A DNA stretch of 64,000 nucleotides. It comes from Xylographa opegraphella (Eukaryota). Shown here in pieces: positions 27,635 to 43,294 of this stretch; position 1 is the first letter of the stretch, and every line of letters starts with the position of its first letter. The notes beneath the pieces are model-generated. The model did not search any database, was not told where the DNA came from, and saw nothing but the letters and a program-made list of their open reading frames with translations. The stretch covers positions 310,001 to 374,000 of the forward strand of contig JALDZX010000017.1 of assembly GCA_022813865.1 (NCBI GenBank). Direction: 5' to 3'. The translations under genes were made by a program, and so were the position numbers.

Positions 27635-28509
27635 ATGAAGCCCCCATTCCCCCGTCTCTGGCTGCTGCTGGTCGTCCAGACCCTCGGCAGCGCCGCCCCC
27701 ATCGACAAACCTCACCTCTACTACAGCGCTGCGGCCGATACATATGCGCCCCCTGGCTCTTATCTGCACTGGAGCACTAACAACAAGCACCTCACATTTC
27801 ACGTCCTTCGTCTGCACGCCCGCCTTTACCAACCATCCAGCGAGTCTGAGGAGGGGCGCAGCCAGTCCGGGAAACCGTCGCTTCTCGGGTTTTCGATGTC
27901 CGACATGGGACCTTGGTGATTGTATGGTAGACTCATACAATGCGGGCTGGCTCGATATGGTCCTATCGCCGCATGGTTACGACGGAAATTCGGTGAGCCT
28001 GCTAGCGTTTTTGAATATGCTGTCCGACCCTTCGAAGGGGTGCTGGTACAACTGCCAACGGATTTCATTGTCCTCGGCCGTTTTTTCTGACGCTTCAAAC
28101 ATAGTCCCGCCAGTCATCTATGGATGTGCAGATTGTGCTATCCCTGGCCGAAGGCCACAGTCCACCGCCTTATTGCTTCGAAACCCTACCCACGTCCAGT
28201 CCGCGCTCGCCCAAAAACGGCTTCCTCGACGACCAAGAACCTATGTCCTCTCGGAATACGTCTGCGAGAGTCTCGCACACCACTACAAAATCACCAAGAC
28301 CAACATCCCAACCACACCCCGAGCCAGTCCGAGCATCCCACCCCCCCCAACCCCCCCTCCATAAGCCCTGCTCGAACCGGCCAGCCCTCGAGACTGCGAG
28401 TCCGGGCCACGCCACAGCAGGAAGGAGTCCGGAGCCAGGAACCAGCACGCGGCTGTTTTGGATGGTGGCGGGACTGACGGCTGTGGGGTCGTTCATGTGG
28501 TGTATGTAG
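27635..28509 (+). pseudogene. Fragmented secreted/GPI-like Cys-containing protein (frame-disrupted gene or sequencing error)
   Basis: Signal peptide MKPPFPRLWLLLVVQTLGSA. A Cys-bearing middle part lies in a second frame (RCPTWDLGDC..GCWYNCQ..GCADC) and a hydrophobic tail (LFWMVAGLTAVGSFMWCM*) in a third. Confidence 0.35.
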
Positions 28510-29267
28510 GAACAGTGGCGCTCGATACCCTTAATGCCTTGAGGTCATCATTCCCCGCCTACGGCCCGGTTACCTTGATTGGTTGCCCTCAGTCGCTTTC
28601 CCCCTGAGCTGACGCGCCGGATCGGGCACGCACTGCATGGCCCGTAGCTTAAGGTACCTTAGTTAACAGCTCCCCGTCCTAGCCCGTACCTGCCTAAAGC
28701 CCCTTGTCCATTTACGTTGCAGTACTTTTATAAGTAGTTGTCCAACTTTACGCGTGTACGCCCTGGATCTTCTAGTACATTCTCACTATATATATCTAGC
28801 GTGATCCAAGCTCAGTGCGTAGGCCAATCAGTCGACAGCAAGGTGCGAAAGGGCGCTGGTGATGGGCGCTCATGCCAATTACGCTCGCTCGCTAAATTGG
28901 ACATAACGTAAACCTACAATCCTACCTATTCAGCAGAGGGGTCAACAGAAGAGTGGCAAGGTCCGTTAGATGGTCTTGGGCGGCATGCTTGAAGGTATAG
29001 GGACAATCATGGATAAGAAAAGATAGTCTACTTTTTAGCACTGATGACCTGCAACCGTTTCGTGCCAACGGAGAGACATTGCACCGACCGAGACACTCAC
29101 GCATGCGATTAATAGTATATCAAAACTCAATCGTATTTTGTAAATAGCGGTAGAGACTGAGATGGTACTCGTATCCAACAAAACCGGATTCACCCGTAAA
29201 CAAACGAAACATATCCCGTGCTGCGCGACTAATCAAACATATTGGCAACAAAACAGAATCGACTGCT

Positions 29268-30597
29268 TCAGCTCATGGTGGTGCTGACACCCTTATTGGT
29301 AGGATTGTCAACCGAATCGGCACTGACAGCGGCATTCCAGTCATTGGTGACCTCTGTAGGTACAGCACCGCCGGCGGTCAGAAAACCTTGAAGCCTGGGC
29401 GGTGGTGTGATTGTGACGGTCGCGCTCATTTTGTCGTTGCCGATAGTGGCGGTAGCGCCATACCCCTTGTCAATCAGCTTGTGGACAATGGTGTTCACTC
29501 CATGGAGGCAAGCCGCTGCAGTTGCAAAAAGGAGAAAGCCGAAGAAGACCTCTTTACCGGGTCCTTGCAATTTGTCACCGCTGATCTTGTTGAGAATGTC
29601 CATGATTTCCTTGCTATAGAGAACGAACGAGGTCAACGTCAGTCACGTTCGACTCAAGCATAGATAGAGCGGGGAAGTATGGAAGAGAGAACTGACACAT
29701 CTCTCCGAATCTTGTCAAGGTCGTTCTCATTGAGATCATCAGTGTTACTGCCAGCCCCCATTCTGTCGGCTCCCATTAAGCCGGTCAGAGTGGCCTGAGG
29801 TGGCGGATTCAGAGCAGTGGACCAATTTCCACTATCGTAGTCGTAGGTAGTTGAGACATAGTAAGTGTTCGTGGATGGGTTTGGCGTCGTGAGATCATAG
29901 TTACAAACGGCGCTTACGGCGCCGGTAATCATCGTAGTCGACTGGACACCCTTTTCGTACCACCATTGAGCTTTTTCTTGTGGCTGATACCACGAAGACA
30001 TATTGAGTCCAAGTTCAGTGGTATCAACATATATCTACATGCAGTCAGCAATGGAAGCAACACGCTGAGCCAGCAAAAGAATTCAGGCTCCCAAGCATGC
30101 CGCATGGTAAGGGAATCCGAGTTTCGAATCCGTTCGGCGGCACTGCAGCCATGTTTACAGGAAAGACTTACTGGCTCAAACTCGCCCGAAGGAGTCATGA
30201 CCCCGACAATGATGTGGACACCGCTAGTGCCCTCGTAGTGATAGCCGTTTTTGCCAATCTTCAGAAAACCGGGTTTCGAGGCAACAGACGAAGGTTGAAA
30301 GAGTCCATTGCTGTCCAGATCAAAGACTTGGCCAGGATTACAAGCTTGCCACATGCCACCAACTGTGACCTGAGCATTGCCGGCGGGAATATCCAGCGTC
30401 CAATTAAGACCGTATTGGACGGTCCAAGTTACACTGGCACGTGGTGAAAGGGACTTTGACTGCCAGACCATATTGTAGGTAAGGGCACCGGTACTGTCCA
30501 GCACAGACTTGGCAATACAATAGCTGAAGCCATTTTGGGACAGCTTCCCCAGGTTATAGGCAGATTCCCAAACGGCGACGGTTCTGTTGGTGGCCAT
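29268..30597 (-). CDS. Uncharacterised leaderless beta-rich protein, about 369 aa; introns 30035-30171 and 29614-29696
   Basis: Three ORF pieces join in frame via GTAAGT..CTGAC..TAG and GTCAGT..CTGAC..TAG introns. TATA-like CTATATAA about 125 bp upstream. Confidence 0.8.
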
Positions 30598-33500
30598 TTC
30601 GTTTGCTTCTTCGGAAAAATGAGTTGGTCGACAAAGTATAAAGTGAGGATGGATGATGTCCAAGGAAATATTGCTCTAGGATGGTCTGGATCAAGAAGCC
30701 GAGGGGAAGCTGCTCCATTATATAGAGATTCTTGGCCCTCCATGGATGCGTCATGATTTGTGGACATCCACAATCTCCAATAGCTAGAACCGTTGATACG
30801 AGCTCTCGCCGATCTCAGTGTGACCAAAATCTAACGAGAAACAGTCTGGAGGCAGAAGAAAGTACATCAGCCAGCCACTTCATGCGATATCGAAGACAGC
30901 TGAGGTCCTAACCACGGTAACGTCTCGACTTAACCTTTAGTGAACACTCATGCAGTGCAAAGCTGAGGCGGTAGATACTGGTACCGCGGGTTGCAATGTA
31001 ACCCAAGTTGTGGCAACAGACAATCAGGACACTGTGACTAGAAAGCAGAAACACTTTCAGCCGGCCACATTGGCTGTTATCGACCAGAGCTGATGTCCAA
31101 AACCACAGTAGTCTCGACTATACCAATCATAAACACTCACAAAGTCTAACAGCTGAAGCCCCCAATACAAGAAGTTGCAGGCTTCTAGGTGATCTAAATC
31201 GCAACTAGGAAAGAATCTGGACGAAAAAGCATTGTTCAGCCAGCCACCTCTACCGATCATATCGGAAGTGGCTGATACTCAAGCCATAATGGTGCCTCGA
31301 TTCAGCCTCGACTTATCCGGTGAGTGACAGACTTTGGTCTGACGGTCGCTAGACGGCACCTTTTCTTTTGATTTCATGTATCCAGATCGAGTAACACCGC
31401 TGGGGTGCGCAGCCATTCGGTGCTCAATTTCATGGGGTTGGACCGTTCCCTTCTTGGTCGGTGGAGCAGCGCCAAACTGCCTCAATGAGCGACAAGGCAG
31501 GCTGTTTCAAACGTCCGCGCTTTGTGGCACAATAGCATTCTTTACCACCCCCAGCAACTTTGTACTGTACATCTTCCGCAAACATCCATATTTTCGTAGT
31601 TCAAGCCCTGGAAGCTTCACCCGATCCCAGTACAAGAAGAGCTTTAGTGAGGCACGGAGCACACAAGTACATAGTAGCCAAGAAGATGTGAACACGGTAC
31701 AGATACGCCACCGAATAGTGACTGACTCGGGTTCAATTTGACCAACTAGAAAGCGAGTAACGAAGGTCAGCACTAAGTTAACTGCATGATAAGGCGAATG
31801 CAGTACAGTGTGGGAAAGACCAAGTCAGTTAGGGCCAGCATTGTCAGGTCAGAAATTCCGGTTCAGGGAATCGTGAAGTGAGCTTGGTCATTGAGGAAGG
31901 CTGTGTCCAAGCTGTTTCGCTACGATCGGTTTGAAAGAAACACGCACAGAGATGAAGCTGAAAACCAATTGAGAATAGTTAGACACCTTCGGGAGCAGAG
32001 ATATCGCTGTGGCTGGCTGGAGCATCTTTGAAGAGAATGAATGATCTCAGCCCTCGTGGAAGCACCGCCGCTTCCAGACATGAAGCTATCCGTCTGGTAT
32101 ATTTTTGTTAGACCACTTGGGGTTAGAATTATGATAGCTGAGTCGACGCTACCAGATGAAAGCAGTCGCATGGAGATTCGTGAAGCTACGTGATGAAGAG
32201 CTGAAAGCTGAAGCCCGCGGGTGGTCGGTGCAAGCCGGATGTTATATGCCAAGCTCCTCACAGCTGACAAAACCGGGTTACTAGCTTGGCAAAAGGGTGG
32301 CCAATGATTGGTTCTCGAGAGCACGTTCCATCGTGGCTTTCCCTTAGTAGGTAGGAGGTAGGTGCCTGAGGGAGGTAGGGCAGGTGGGAGGCACTCGGGA
32401 CCCCCGGGCGACCTCGCGCCAACGGCGGCCGGCCTCCTGAAATGCAGTGAATGGATGGATGTCCAAGGGAAGTTACTCCAGAGATGTTCGCTTCACCCTG
32501 GCTGCTAATACGACAATCTATAGCGAGGGAAGTCTCAAAACGTCTATGGTTTGTTTTCTCCGACGCGCCGCTAGAACTCTGGTGGCCTTGTTAGTCCTAG
32601 CTGACTCTCCGGCAACCAAGCTCATCTGTTCTACGCAACTTGATTCCGACTGATGGGTCACTGATCATCTCGACTGAATTGTGGATTTCAGGAACGAGAA
32701 CATCTGGCTCCGAGTTTGTCTTATGTCAGGCTCGTCACCCCGCAAGCCGTGAGCGGTGAAGTCGTTATGTCACAATATGAATAATAGGGGAGAATAAGGT
32801 AAGGTGCTTCAGTAATACGTACCTACCTTAGTGCTCAAGCGCCCCATGACCTGCAGCGCTTGCTCGATGAAGTCATAGCTGATCGATTGGTCGAAGGCTC
32901 TCCTTGGATCCTCGAGGTACGTAGTTTATAATTGCATCTACCTTACTGTGTACGCTTTTTCCAACCAACCAAGATGGGGGGCGCAAAAATGGCTCTTTCC
33001 TTGTACTTCAGAGCTGTTGAAAAGCTCCAGGCGAGCTCCACGTAGACTATGGTCAAAGAAGTGTCAGCAGTAGACTACTCTGTAGCTGCTTCTTGTACTG
33101 TGTATAGCCTGACTACCTCTTACCATCCGTCTTGACGGGTAAATCGTTTTCCTACTCATGTGACCCACTTCGGTCCCTCGATCTACTTCTTTCATCTTAT
33201 GGGCCGGTCACGAGGCCCTTCATAGAGCCAATCGTCACCCTCTCCTACCTCTCCATCATCACCACTGTCCCTCGGTGCATTGATGATTCTCGTTGCATAT
33301 AGCCGTTAGCCGTTGGATGTCCAAGTGTGACATTCACGGTAGCTTTCCCCGCATTTTCAATTCCGTCGTGGTGTGATGATTGGCCACATGCTCTCTTCGA
33401 ACTGCTCTCGCACAGCCTCAGGGGAGTCTGCTACTTCTGCTTCGAGCATCACGCCCGAAACAACGGCCCGTTTGCCGTATGCGTAGAAGCACGCGCTGGA

Positions 33501-33731
33501 ACGTTCTCTTAACGCCTGCTGCTTTATGGAACCGGATGACCTCACTTGCTCACCTCTCCGACGCTGCTGCTCTGTCTGCACTCTTGCTCCTTCCTAGCCC
33601 GGCAAACCACTTTCTCCTGCAGTCCCCAGTCATCGGCTAGACTTGGTTGGCCTCGCTATAAAGGGAATGCAAGACCTCCAGCCATAGCGATCAGCTGTAT
33701 CAGCAAATTCGGTACTTCAAATTCATTCATA

Positions 33732-36030
<2,299 letters not shown>

Positions 36031-36702
36031 GTAGTCAATTGAAGTAAATATCGAGTATAGCGATGTACTGTAAATACATATCGAGGGTAACACAGACGCT
36101 GAATCCTGTATTACTGAAGAATACCATATATTGAGCTCTCAAGTATCTGATAATAGCCGAAAGACCTATGCTGTTCTACAAACGGACTTGCAAAAGCCGC
36201 CCCTAGAAAGTTAATCAACAGGGCAATCATGTACAACTTCAGGCACTAGCATTGGTATCGCAGTAACATAGTCATTTAGGAACACTATTGTGGAACAGGA
36301 TACGTGCTTTCGTAAGCCGTGATTGAAAGTCAAACAAAACCTGTTTTGGTGATGATTAGGTTATTGTTTCGTTTACTTTCGTGTACCGGGGGATGCATCT
36401 GCAAGGATCCCAACCTCCATCAAGCTCTACCAACCTCATCCACGGAACTCCGGGCTTGATAAGGCACTTTGCGCTTACGGCTAACGACTAGATGAAATCA
36501 TGAACTTTCAATTGCTCTTTACTGTTTAATACTTCTGTACAGTTTGGTGCGCTCTGATCACATAACGTCGGCGCATAAGAGCCTGTAAACATAGAAATCT
36601 TATAGCATCTCCTGCAAAGGCCTCAAAGCTCATTCCCCCCCAGTGTTGACATCCTCTTCTAGCTTTCCCATACGTCTCTGCGGGCTATCTTCCGCCGTGC
36701 CA

Positions 36703-38294
36703 ATGCGCCTGGCATGTCCACTCCTCTGCCTTCCAACATCCCTCCGGTTACTCATCTCAACCTATTCAGCCACGACTGCCTGCCATGAAGCGCAATGGCC
36801 CTACAATTTGCCACCACATGTCAAATACTTCCCGGAAGACGAGCCACTCGTCAGAAGAAACATCGATATACGAGAGCGGTTTCTTAACCAAAGAACGTTG
36901 GGTACGAGGAAAATGACAACGGACGAAGGAGAAATGTTTTTCTTGGAGTATTGGCGATTTGAAGGGGAAGGTGGAGATGTGGTTGACGAGCTTCTCAAGA
37001 GGGGGATCAGCAATAATGAGACGCCTGATGGCCATCTCGATGGGTTTAATGGTTCAATGCTTCAAAGTCACAAGCCTCCGCTTCTGCAACACGAAAGCCA
37101 CGAAGTTAGTCAACGTCCTCTTCTCGCGAGGTACTTCAGCCCTCAGCGAGCGCAACTCTATCCCCGAGATTTCATCTGCCCGACTGGAACATCGGACTGT
37201 TCCTACATCAATCAGCCGAACTCCTGCTGCGAGAACGGCCTGACGTGCAACATCGTTCCGAACACAGGCCTAGGGGTAGTAGGATGCTGTGCGGGCTCAA
37301 GCTGTTCTGGGCAGGTCGCGAGCTGTCCCGACAGCTATACATCATGTCCATCCAGCCAGGGAGGAGGCTGCTGTATTCCTGGTTATGTGTGTAGTGGTGT
37401 TGGATGTAAGCCTTTCCCCGAGCCCACTTATCGACTGATGTGAGACTGATCATCGTGCTAGGTGTCCTCAGCTCAACCGCTACGGTCGTGGTTATCCAGA
37501 CAGTGGCAGTCTCCCTCTCGCCAAGTACAAGCACCATCGTATCAACAACCGTGATCTCCACACCCACATCCACCTCCACACCCACCACTACATCCGTCAC
37601 GAGCACATCTACCACAACCGTAATCCAAAGCAGGGCATCCACCCCTATCGCTCTAACCTGCTCGCCGGGCTTCCAATCCTGCCCCGCAAGCTTCGGAGGC
37701 GGCTGCTGCACAAGCGGCCGCCTCTGCGGAACAGGCGTCGAGTGCCCCGCCGCCTCGACCTCGCCCTCCACCTCCATCTCACCAGCATCCATCACAGTCA
37801 GTGCCCCCATCCGCCCCACCTCCATCGCCGGCCTCACCACGACCATCACCCCCTCCATCTGCCCCACCGGCTTCTACCAATGCAGCGCCTACTACAACGG
37901 CGGCAACTGCTGCCAAATCGGCCGCGACTGCGCCTCCACCTCCTGCCCCCCTCGCGCCTCTTCCACCGCCCTGCTCTCCAACGGCATCACCGTCGTGAAC
38001 GCCCCCACCGCCGGCGCCACCGCCACGGGGCCCAACGCGGCCGGGGTCCAGGTCGGCTCCTGCGCCACGGGTTGGTTCCTCTGTGGGAGTCAGGCTGGCG
38101 GCGGGTGCTGTCCCAGTGGATATTCGTGTGCTGCCGGTGAGTGTTTGGCCGGGCCCGGTGCCAGTGAGACCGGGGCCGCGGCTAGCGTCGCACAGGAAGC
38201 GGCCAGCGAGGGCGCTGGTGTGGGGAGGTTGTCGTGTCGTGACGTTTCTTGGGTGGCGGTGGTGGTGGGCGCGCTTGTGTTTTGGATGTGGTGA
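36703..38294 (+). CDS. Cys-rich, Ser/Thr-rich putative GPI-anchored cell-wall protein; intron 37406-37461
   Basis: Signal peptide, WPYNLPPHVKYFPEDE, repeated CP..C...GGGCC modules, Thr/Ser stalk, hydrophobic C-terminus. Confidence 0.8.
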
Positions 38295-38707
38295 CTGCGT
38301 CGAGAGAAGTAATTTCCACGCAGCATTGGCACAGGTGAATAGGCGAGGGTTGGCTTGGTAAGCACGTATGCCTGTTCCATTGCCATATTGGGCACGGGCG
38401 CGGTTTGGGCCCGTGGCGGATTCGATCGGATCGGGGTGGGAGGCTTGGTGTGGGCTGGCGGGCGACTGTAGTCGGGGGATCTGTGTGTTACGGCGCTGGA
38501 TCGGTGATTGGCTACATAACCTGTAGGTAGGTAGGCTCTGCAAGCGTGGTCTGACTATCTACCATAAAGTTCCATTTATTCTAGATATCACTTACGGAGG
38601 AGTGACTCTTGTCTGCTACCGTGACGTTGCACCTATCATGGCCTTGAGGCGCGTAATGCCCATTCGCTATTCTTATCTATCTATCTACTCTGACCTACAG
38701 GAGTATG

Positions 38708-38880
38708 ACATGGAACAGAACATAGTACAGACAATATGCCCGCTCGCTGCCTATCGACTCTGATCGAGAAGAAGTAGAACATGGAACAGAACATAGTACA
38801 GACAATATGTCCGCTCACTGTCTATCGACTGTTGATCGACAAGAGTAGAACATGGAGCAGAACATAGTACAGACAAAATG
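38708..38880. repeat. 71-bp tandem repeat, about 2.4 copies
   Basis: ACATGGAACAGAACATAGTACAGACAA... starts at 38708, 38779 and 38850. Confidence 0.9.
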
Positions 38881-39282
38881 GGTTGGAAGCCCGCATTTAG
38901 GAATTCAGAAGATCCACCACCCAGTGGTACATCGCTGTGTGGCCTCGTGTCCCCAAAGCCAGCTGGAAGAGCAAAACTCGGCTTGTGTGCATTGACGCTC
39001 GTGATAATGTCATCGGCGACTCTGTTGTACAGGAGCACGACAGAAGCGAGCATGTCACATACCAAGTAGTCTACTCCTTCAGAAGGCCGTTCACCGACCG
39101 CATCGAAAAAAGCAAAGATGCATCGGTGATACATCGGGCCAGGCCGTCCGGGCACCAAACACCATCGCTGGTATCGCTGGAATGGAAAGGAGGAAATGCC
39201 GAAGTGAAACAAGTGGTCAATGTCATCCCGAGAAGATGGCTGGCAGCCATGATGTGTGTTTCGAGGCAGGGGCTGTCAGAAA

Positions 39283-42200
39283 TCAGTCTTGGTGATGCCG
39301 AACGTCTTCGAGAATATTACCCTCTTTCACCGATGCCGCACCACCATCTCCGTTTCCGACTGCTGATTCCTCAGAGGGGGCGTCTGGGCTTGCCGGACTA
39401 TCCTGTGGACCGGCTGAACCATCGGAGGGGCCTGCATCGACGGCTTGGTTCTCCTGGGCAGCCTGTCTGGCTTGTTGTTTCTCCCAGCCTTCGCGCCTGT
39501 TCCTCTCGTCCTTGACTTTCCGCATCCGCTCAGCCTCTTCAACGCCTCCGCTCTGCCTGAGCTTTCCCTCCTCAACGAAGCTTCCAAGTTCTTTCTTGAA
39601 GTCGCTGTCCCGACGGTCCTCTAGTTCCCTTTGCCTTGCCCTTTCGGCGCGCTCGATAGCCTCCAGTCGACTTTCATGATTCGGCTGCAGTGCCCGTACT
39701 TCGTCCAGTACGCCGTCCTTAACCTTGACCGGGTCCACATCAGGGATCACCGAGGTCAACCCACGTGAAGTATTACGTAAACTCCCAGGGTTGCCGGGCG
39801 TGGAATGAAGGTTCTGTTGCTTCGTAGCTTGTTCAACCAGCGCGAATGTCCGAGTGGCTTTCTCGAGGTCGTCTTGTAAATCGATAGTCAACTCTTCCTG
39901 GAGCGTCAAGAATTCCCTATCGATACAGACAAGCTCGAGTTCCTTTTCCCATATCTTGGTCCAAATCGGCCTCTCGCGCTTGACGCATTCTTGCATCTTT
40001 TTCACCTCTGCTGTGGCGACACTTATTTCCCTGCTAACCGTTTCTAACTGTCTTGGCAAAGGTCGCACCCCACGAGTCACAACGTCCTTACGAAGGTCTT
40101 CGACAATATCTTGTAAGTCGTCGACTCGGTTCACGATGTTTTCAGAATCTTCACCGAGGGACTTCTTCCCAGCGTTGACATATGCTCGGCCACTTCCATT
40201 CTCAATCTTTGATACCGTGGTATCGATGGTGCTCACCTTGATTGAAGACGCTTTGCTCTGGACCACTTTCACCGACGATTCTACTTCGCTTTTGAATGCA
40301 GAGAATGCTTGACGGACGACTGCTAGATCGCGACGTAGTGTCTGAACTTCGGTGAGTTGAGTGCCGGTCTCGACGGGTGAAGCGGAAGATCTTGTACCGG
40401 TCGACTTGTATAATTCGAGAGACCCTGCACGGCGTTGTCCCGAGGGTGGCATTGTAGCGATGGTAGCCATTGTCTTCGCGGTGTCCTGTTGGCGTTCGAA
40501 AACTTGCTGAAGGGCAAGTTGCTGTCCGTCCACTACACCCCGAACACCTTCTACCATCCTTCGGAGTCCACCAAGTCCTTCGTCGATATGCTTCTTGACC
40601 TCGTCTAATATCTCCACGTTCAAAACAAGCACAGAGCGATCCTTCACATCGCCAAGGTCTTCCAATTCGTGTCTGACTCCAGAGACTGGATCCTGGATAT
40701 ATATTTCTGGTAAGTCATTCCCATTGTTGTGGGTATTCCAGGCAAACTTCTCAATGAAAGCCAATTGTAAACGTGCCACAGACAAGTCACTCGACCCATC
40801 AGGGAGTACGAACTTCTTGATCTTCGACTTGTATTGTAGGAAAATAGTCAATTCTTTCCCAGGCTGTGGAGACTGCTCGGCAACAAATTCTTGCATCGGC
40901 GGGGAGACACGACGTGCTGGTCTATAAGCCTCATGATATATAGTAGTGCTATCCGGTTGACGCTGCTGACGAATAGCGGCCTCCTTTTGGCTTTCTTCTT
41001 CAGTGGTTCGACGCGTGTCATAGTCTGGGAGCTCATCAATCCCGTTCAGAGGAGGGCTATTGACTGTAGCGCCCAGTAGAGCATGCTCACTCTCGTTCAA
41101 GTCAGGGTGAGAAGACACGGACTTGCCTTCGGTTGTTTTTGTAGTGGAGAGATCATCGCCCCTTCGCCGATCAACTCCATTGTCCATAAATATCTCGTTG
41201 TTTGGAGTAGGTTCCTCTGATATCCGACGTGGTATCGCGGTTCCTCGTATCGGCGACTGTTCTAGGCCTCGATGGGCAGACTTTTGACGACTTGGTAAGA
41301 ACGAGCCTCGCGTGCGCACAGCATTCAAGGAATCTCTGACGTCTTTGCCTCGATTTGGAATGGGAGTGTTCTGTGTCGGTGGAAGCATAGGTACACCACT
41401 TGGTGAAGCACCTAAGTGTTTCGAAATTTGATACGCAGAGTAACGTCGTGAGGCTCGTCTCTCAAGATCACCACCCCGCTGTAATGCTGCAAGAGCGTCT
41501 TGTTGCTTCGGTGGCGGAGGCGGTGGAGGTTGTGTAGGTGAATCGTCGTCTTCATGTGTCGACAACCGCTGAATTGGTAGTCTGTATTCTTCAGGTGACA
41601 GTACTGGGAGTGCTTGCAGCGTATTACTTGAAAGAGAGGAGTCAGAGACTGATGGTGGAATCGGTCGACCGTCTCTGTTGGCACTACGGGCTGACGTGTC
41701 CGAAGGAATCGCACTGTTCTCTGCCCGCATGGGACGAGAATTCACGTTTTGCACAGATGATGTACGAGGCGGAACTCCAACGTCGTCAGCAGCATGAACT
41801 ACACTACTGACATTCCGTCGTTCTGGAGTGTTGCTTCTGGGCCGTTGTTGAGGTACCTCATCGAGCATTTGACTTAGGGAGGTAGTACCAGGCACCATAC
41901 TAGTACTCCCATTACTCAGCGTCCTTTGAGCTGGTAAAGTATTGCTTGAGAACACCTCTCTGCCCTGTTTTTGTCTCAGCTTCTGTTGCTTCCGTTTCAG
42001 GCCATGGAGAAGGTTGATGATGATATCGCGAATCCGTGGCAGATATTTGTCAAGGCTGGCGGTGCTAGCATCCTGGCTTAACGTATCCTCCAATATAGCA
42101 CGTAGCTTTTCCGGGACAGGGCCTAAATCAGCCGTCTCAACTCCGACTGCGTTGAACGCTCGGCAAGCAATATTGAACTCGTAACCCAGACGAACGTAAA

Positions 42201-42592
42201 CATCCGACACCTCGCTTTCCGTGGCCGTCTGCCTTGACCATTGTGTAAGACACTCAAGAAGTTGTTTAGTAGCAATCAGTAAGTGCGTGACACTTTTCTC
42301 AATCTGTGAGAGCTGTTGAGAGGGCTATCTACTAAGTCAGCGCTGATTTCTTTATTTTAGAGCTTTCCACCAGACGCGCCTGAATACTCACATTCCGCCG
42401 CTGATTTGACTGCGGCCTTGCGGTACTTGTTGAGTTGCGAGGTCCAGAAAGTGATGCTGTTTGACTTGATGGACCAGGCTGCGAAGAGTTTGAGGGGGCT
42501 TGCACCGGCAGAGGAGGACCAGAACTTGACTCTGTTTCGCCTGCAGGGGACCTTCTCTGAGCTGACCGCTGTGAACTTGTGGAAGGCTGCAT
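39283..42592 (-). CDS. BUD6: Actin-interacting polarisome protein Bud6/Aip3; one 5' intron
   Basis: IEKSVTHLLIATKQLLECLTQW, SDVYVRLGYEFNIACRAF, LERRASRRYSAYQI, LQLAFIEKFAW, EIYIQDP, RVDDLQDIVEDLRKDV, WTKIWEKEL, ALQPNHESRLEAIERAE. Confidence 0.93.
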
Positions 42593-43294
42593 ATCTACTC
42601 AGGAGTTATGGAGGAGATCTTTCATCCAGTAGACGGCCAAAGTGGTCGGACAGAGAAGAATGTTACAGAGTATACACAGTTCGATCTCACTTGTCCATGA
42701 AATACAATCATACCACAGTACAACTAGCGCCGCGTGTTTAGGATACCTTAGGATACCTTAGATACAGCAGCCGACAGCCGCGGTACGCTAAATCAATTCA
42801 ACACACAATTTGCGCCCGTCTGAGGCCGTTACAGACTTCGTCGTGCAAGTGACATCGGCTCGGGAGTGTAGTCAGGCTTGAGTCCAGCACTCTGTTGTCA
42901 TATACAGCACAACCTACCCACTCTCGCATTCATTTCGCCCAGTGGTCCATCACGACAAGGGCATTGCTAATAGCGGCACCTAGTGAACTAAAAGTAAAGT
43001 CCGGCCGCTTTCACGAAACCCAGTCACGACTGGCTCAAGCCATTTTAGCTTCCGCCCGGGGTTTTGACTTTCATACCAGGACTCCAAGAGCAACTCTTGA
43101 CTTCGACTTTGAACGTCCTTCATCTTGTCCCCTGTTTCCCTCGCTGTGTCCACTTTCTCGAGGGGCTGCAAGTCAGCTGGTGGTGCTTCTGGACGCTGCA
43201 TCTCTCCGTTGTGATTGACGCACGCACCGTCACACACTTGAGGACATTCGGCGTTGAAGCAAGGCCGGCTGCCACTGTGTGATTCCCTGAAATC

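Noticed and set aside
31000..32330. Scattered ORF fragments, possibly a decayed gene
   Set aside because: No family recognisable and no joinable exons; BLASTX would be needed.
33100..33730. AmyR site (CGG-N8-CGG/AGG) in the glucoamylase promoter
   Set aside because: Only CCG-N4-CCG spacings seen; no canonical site found by eye.
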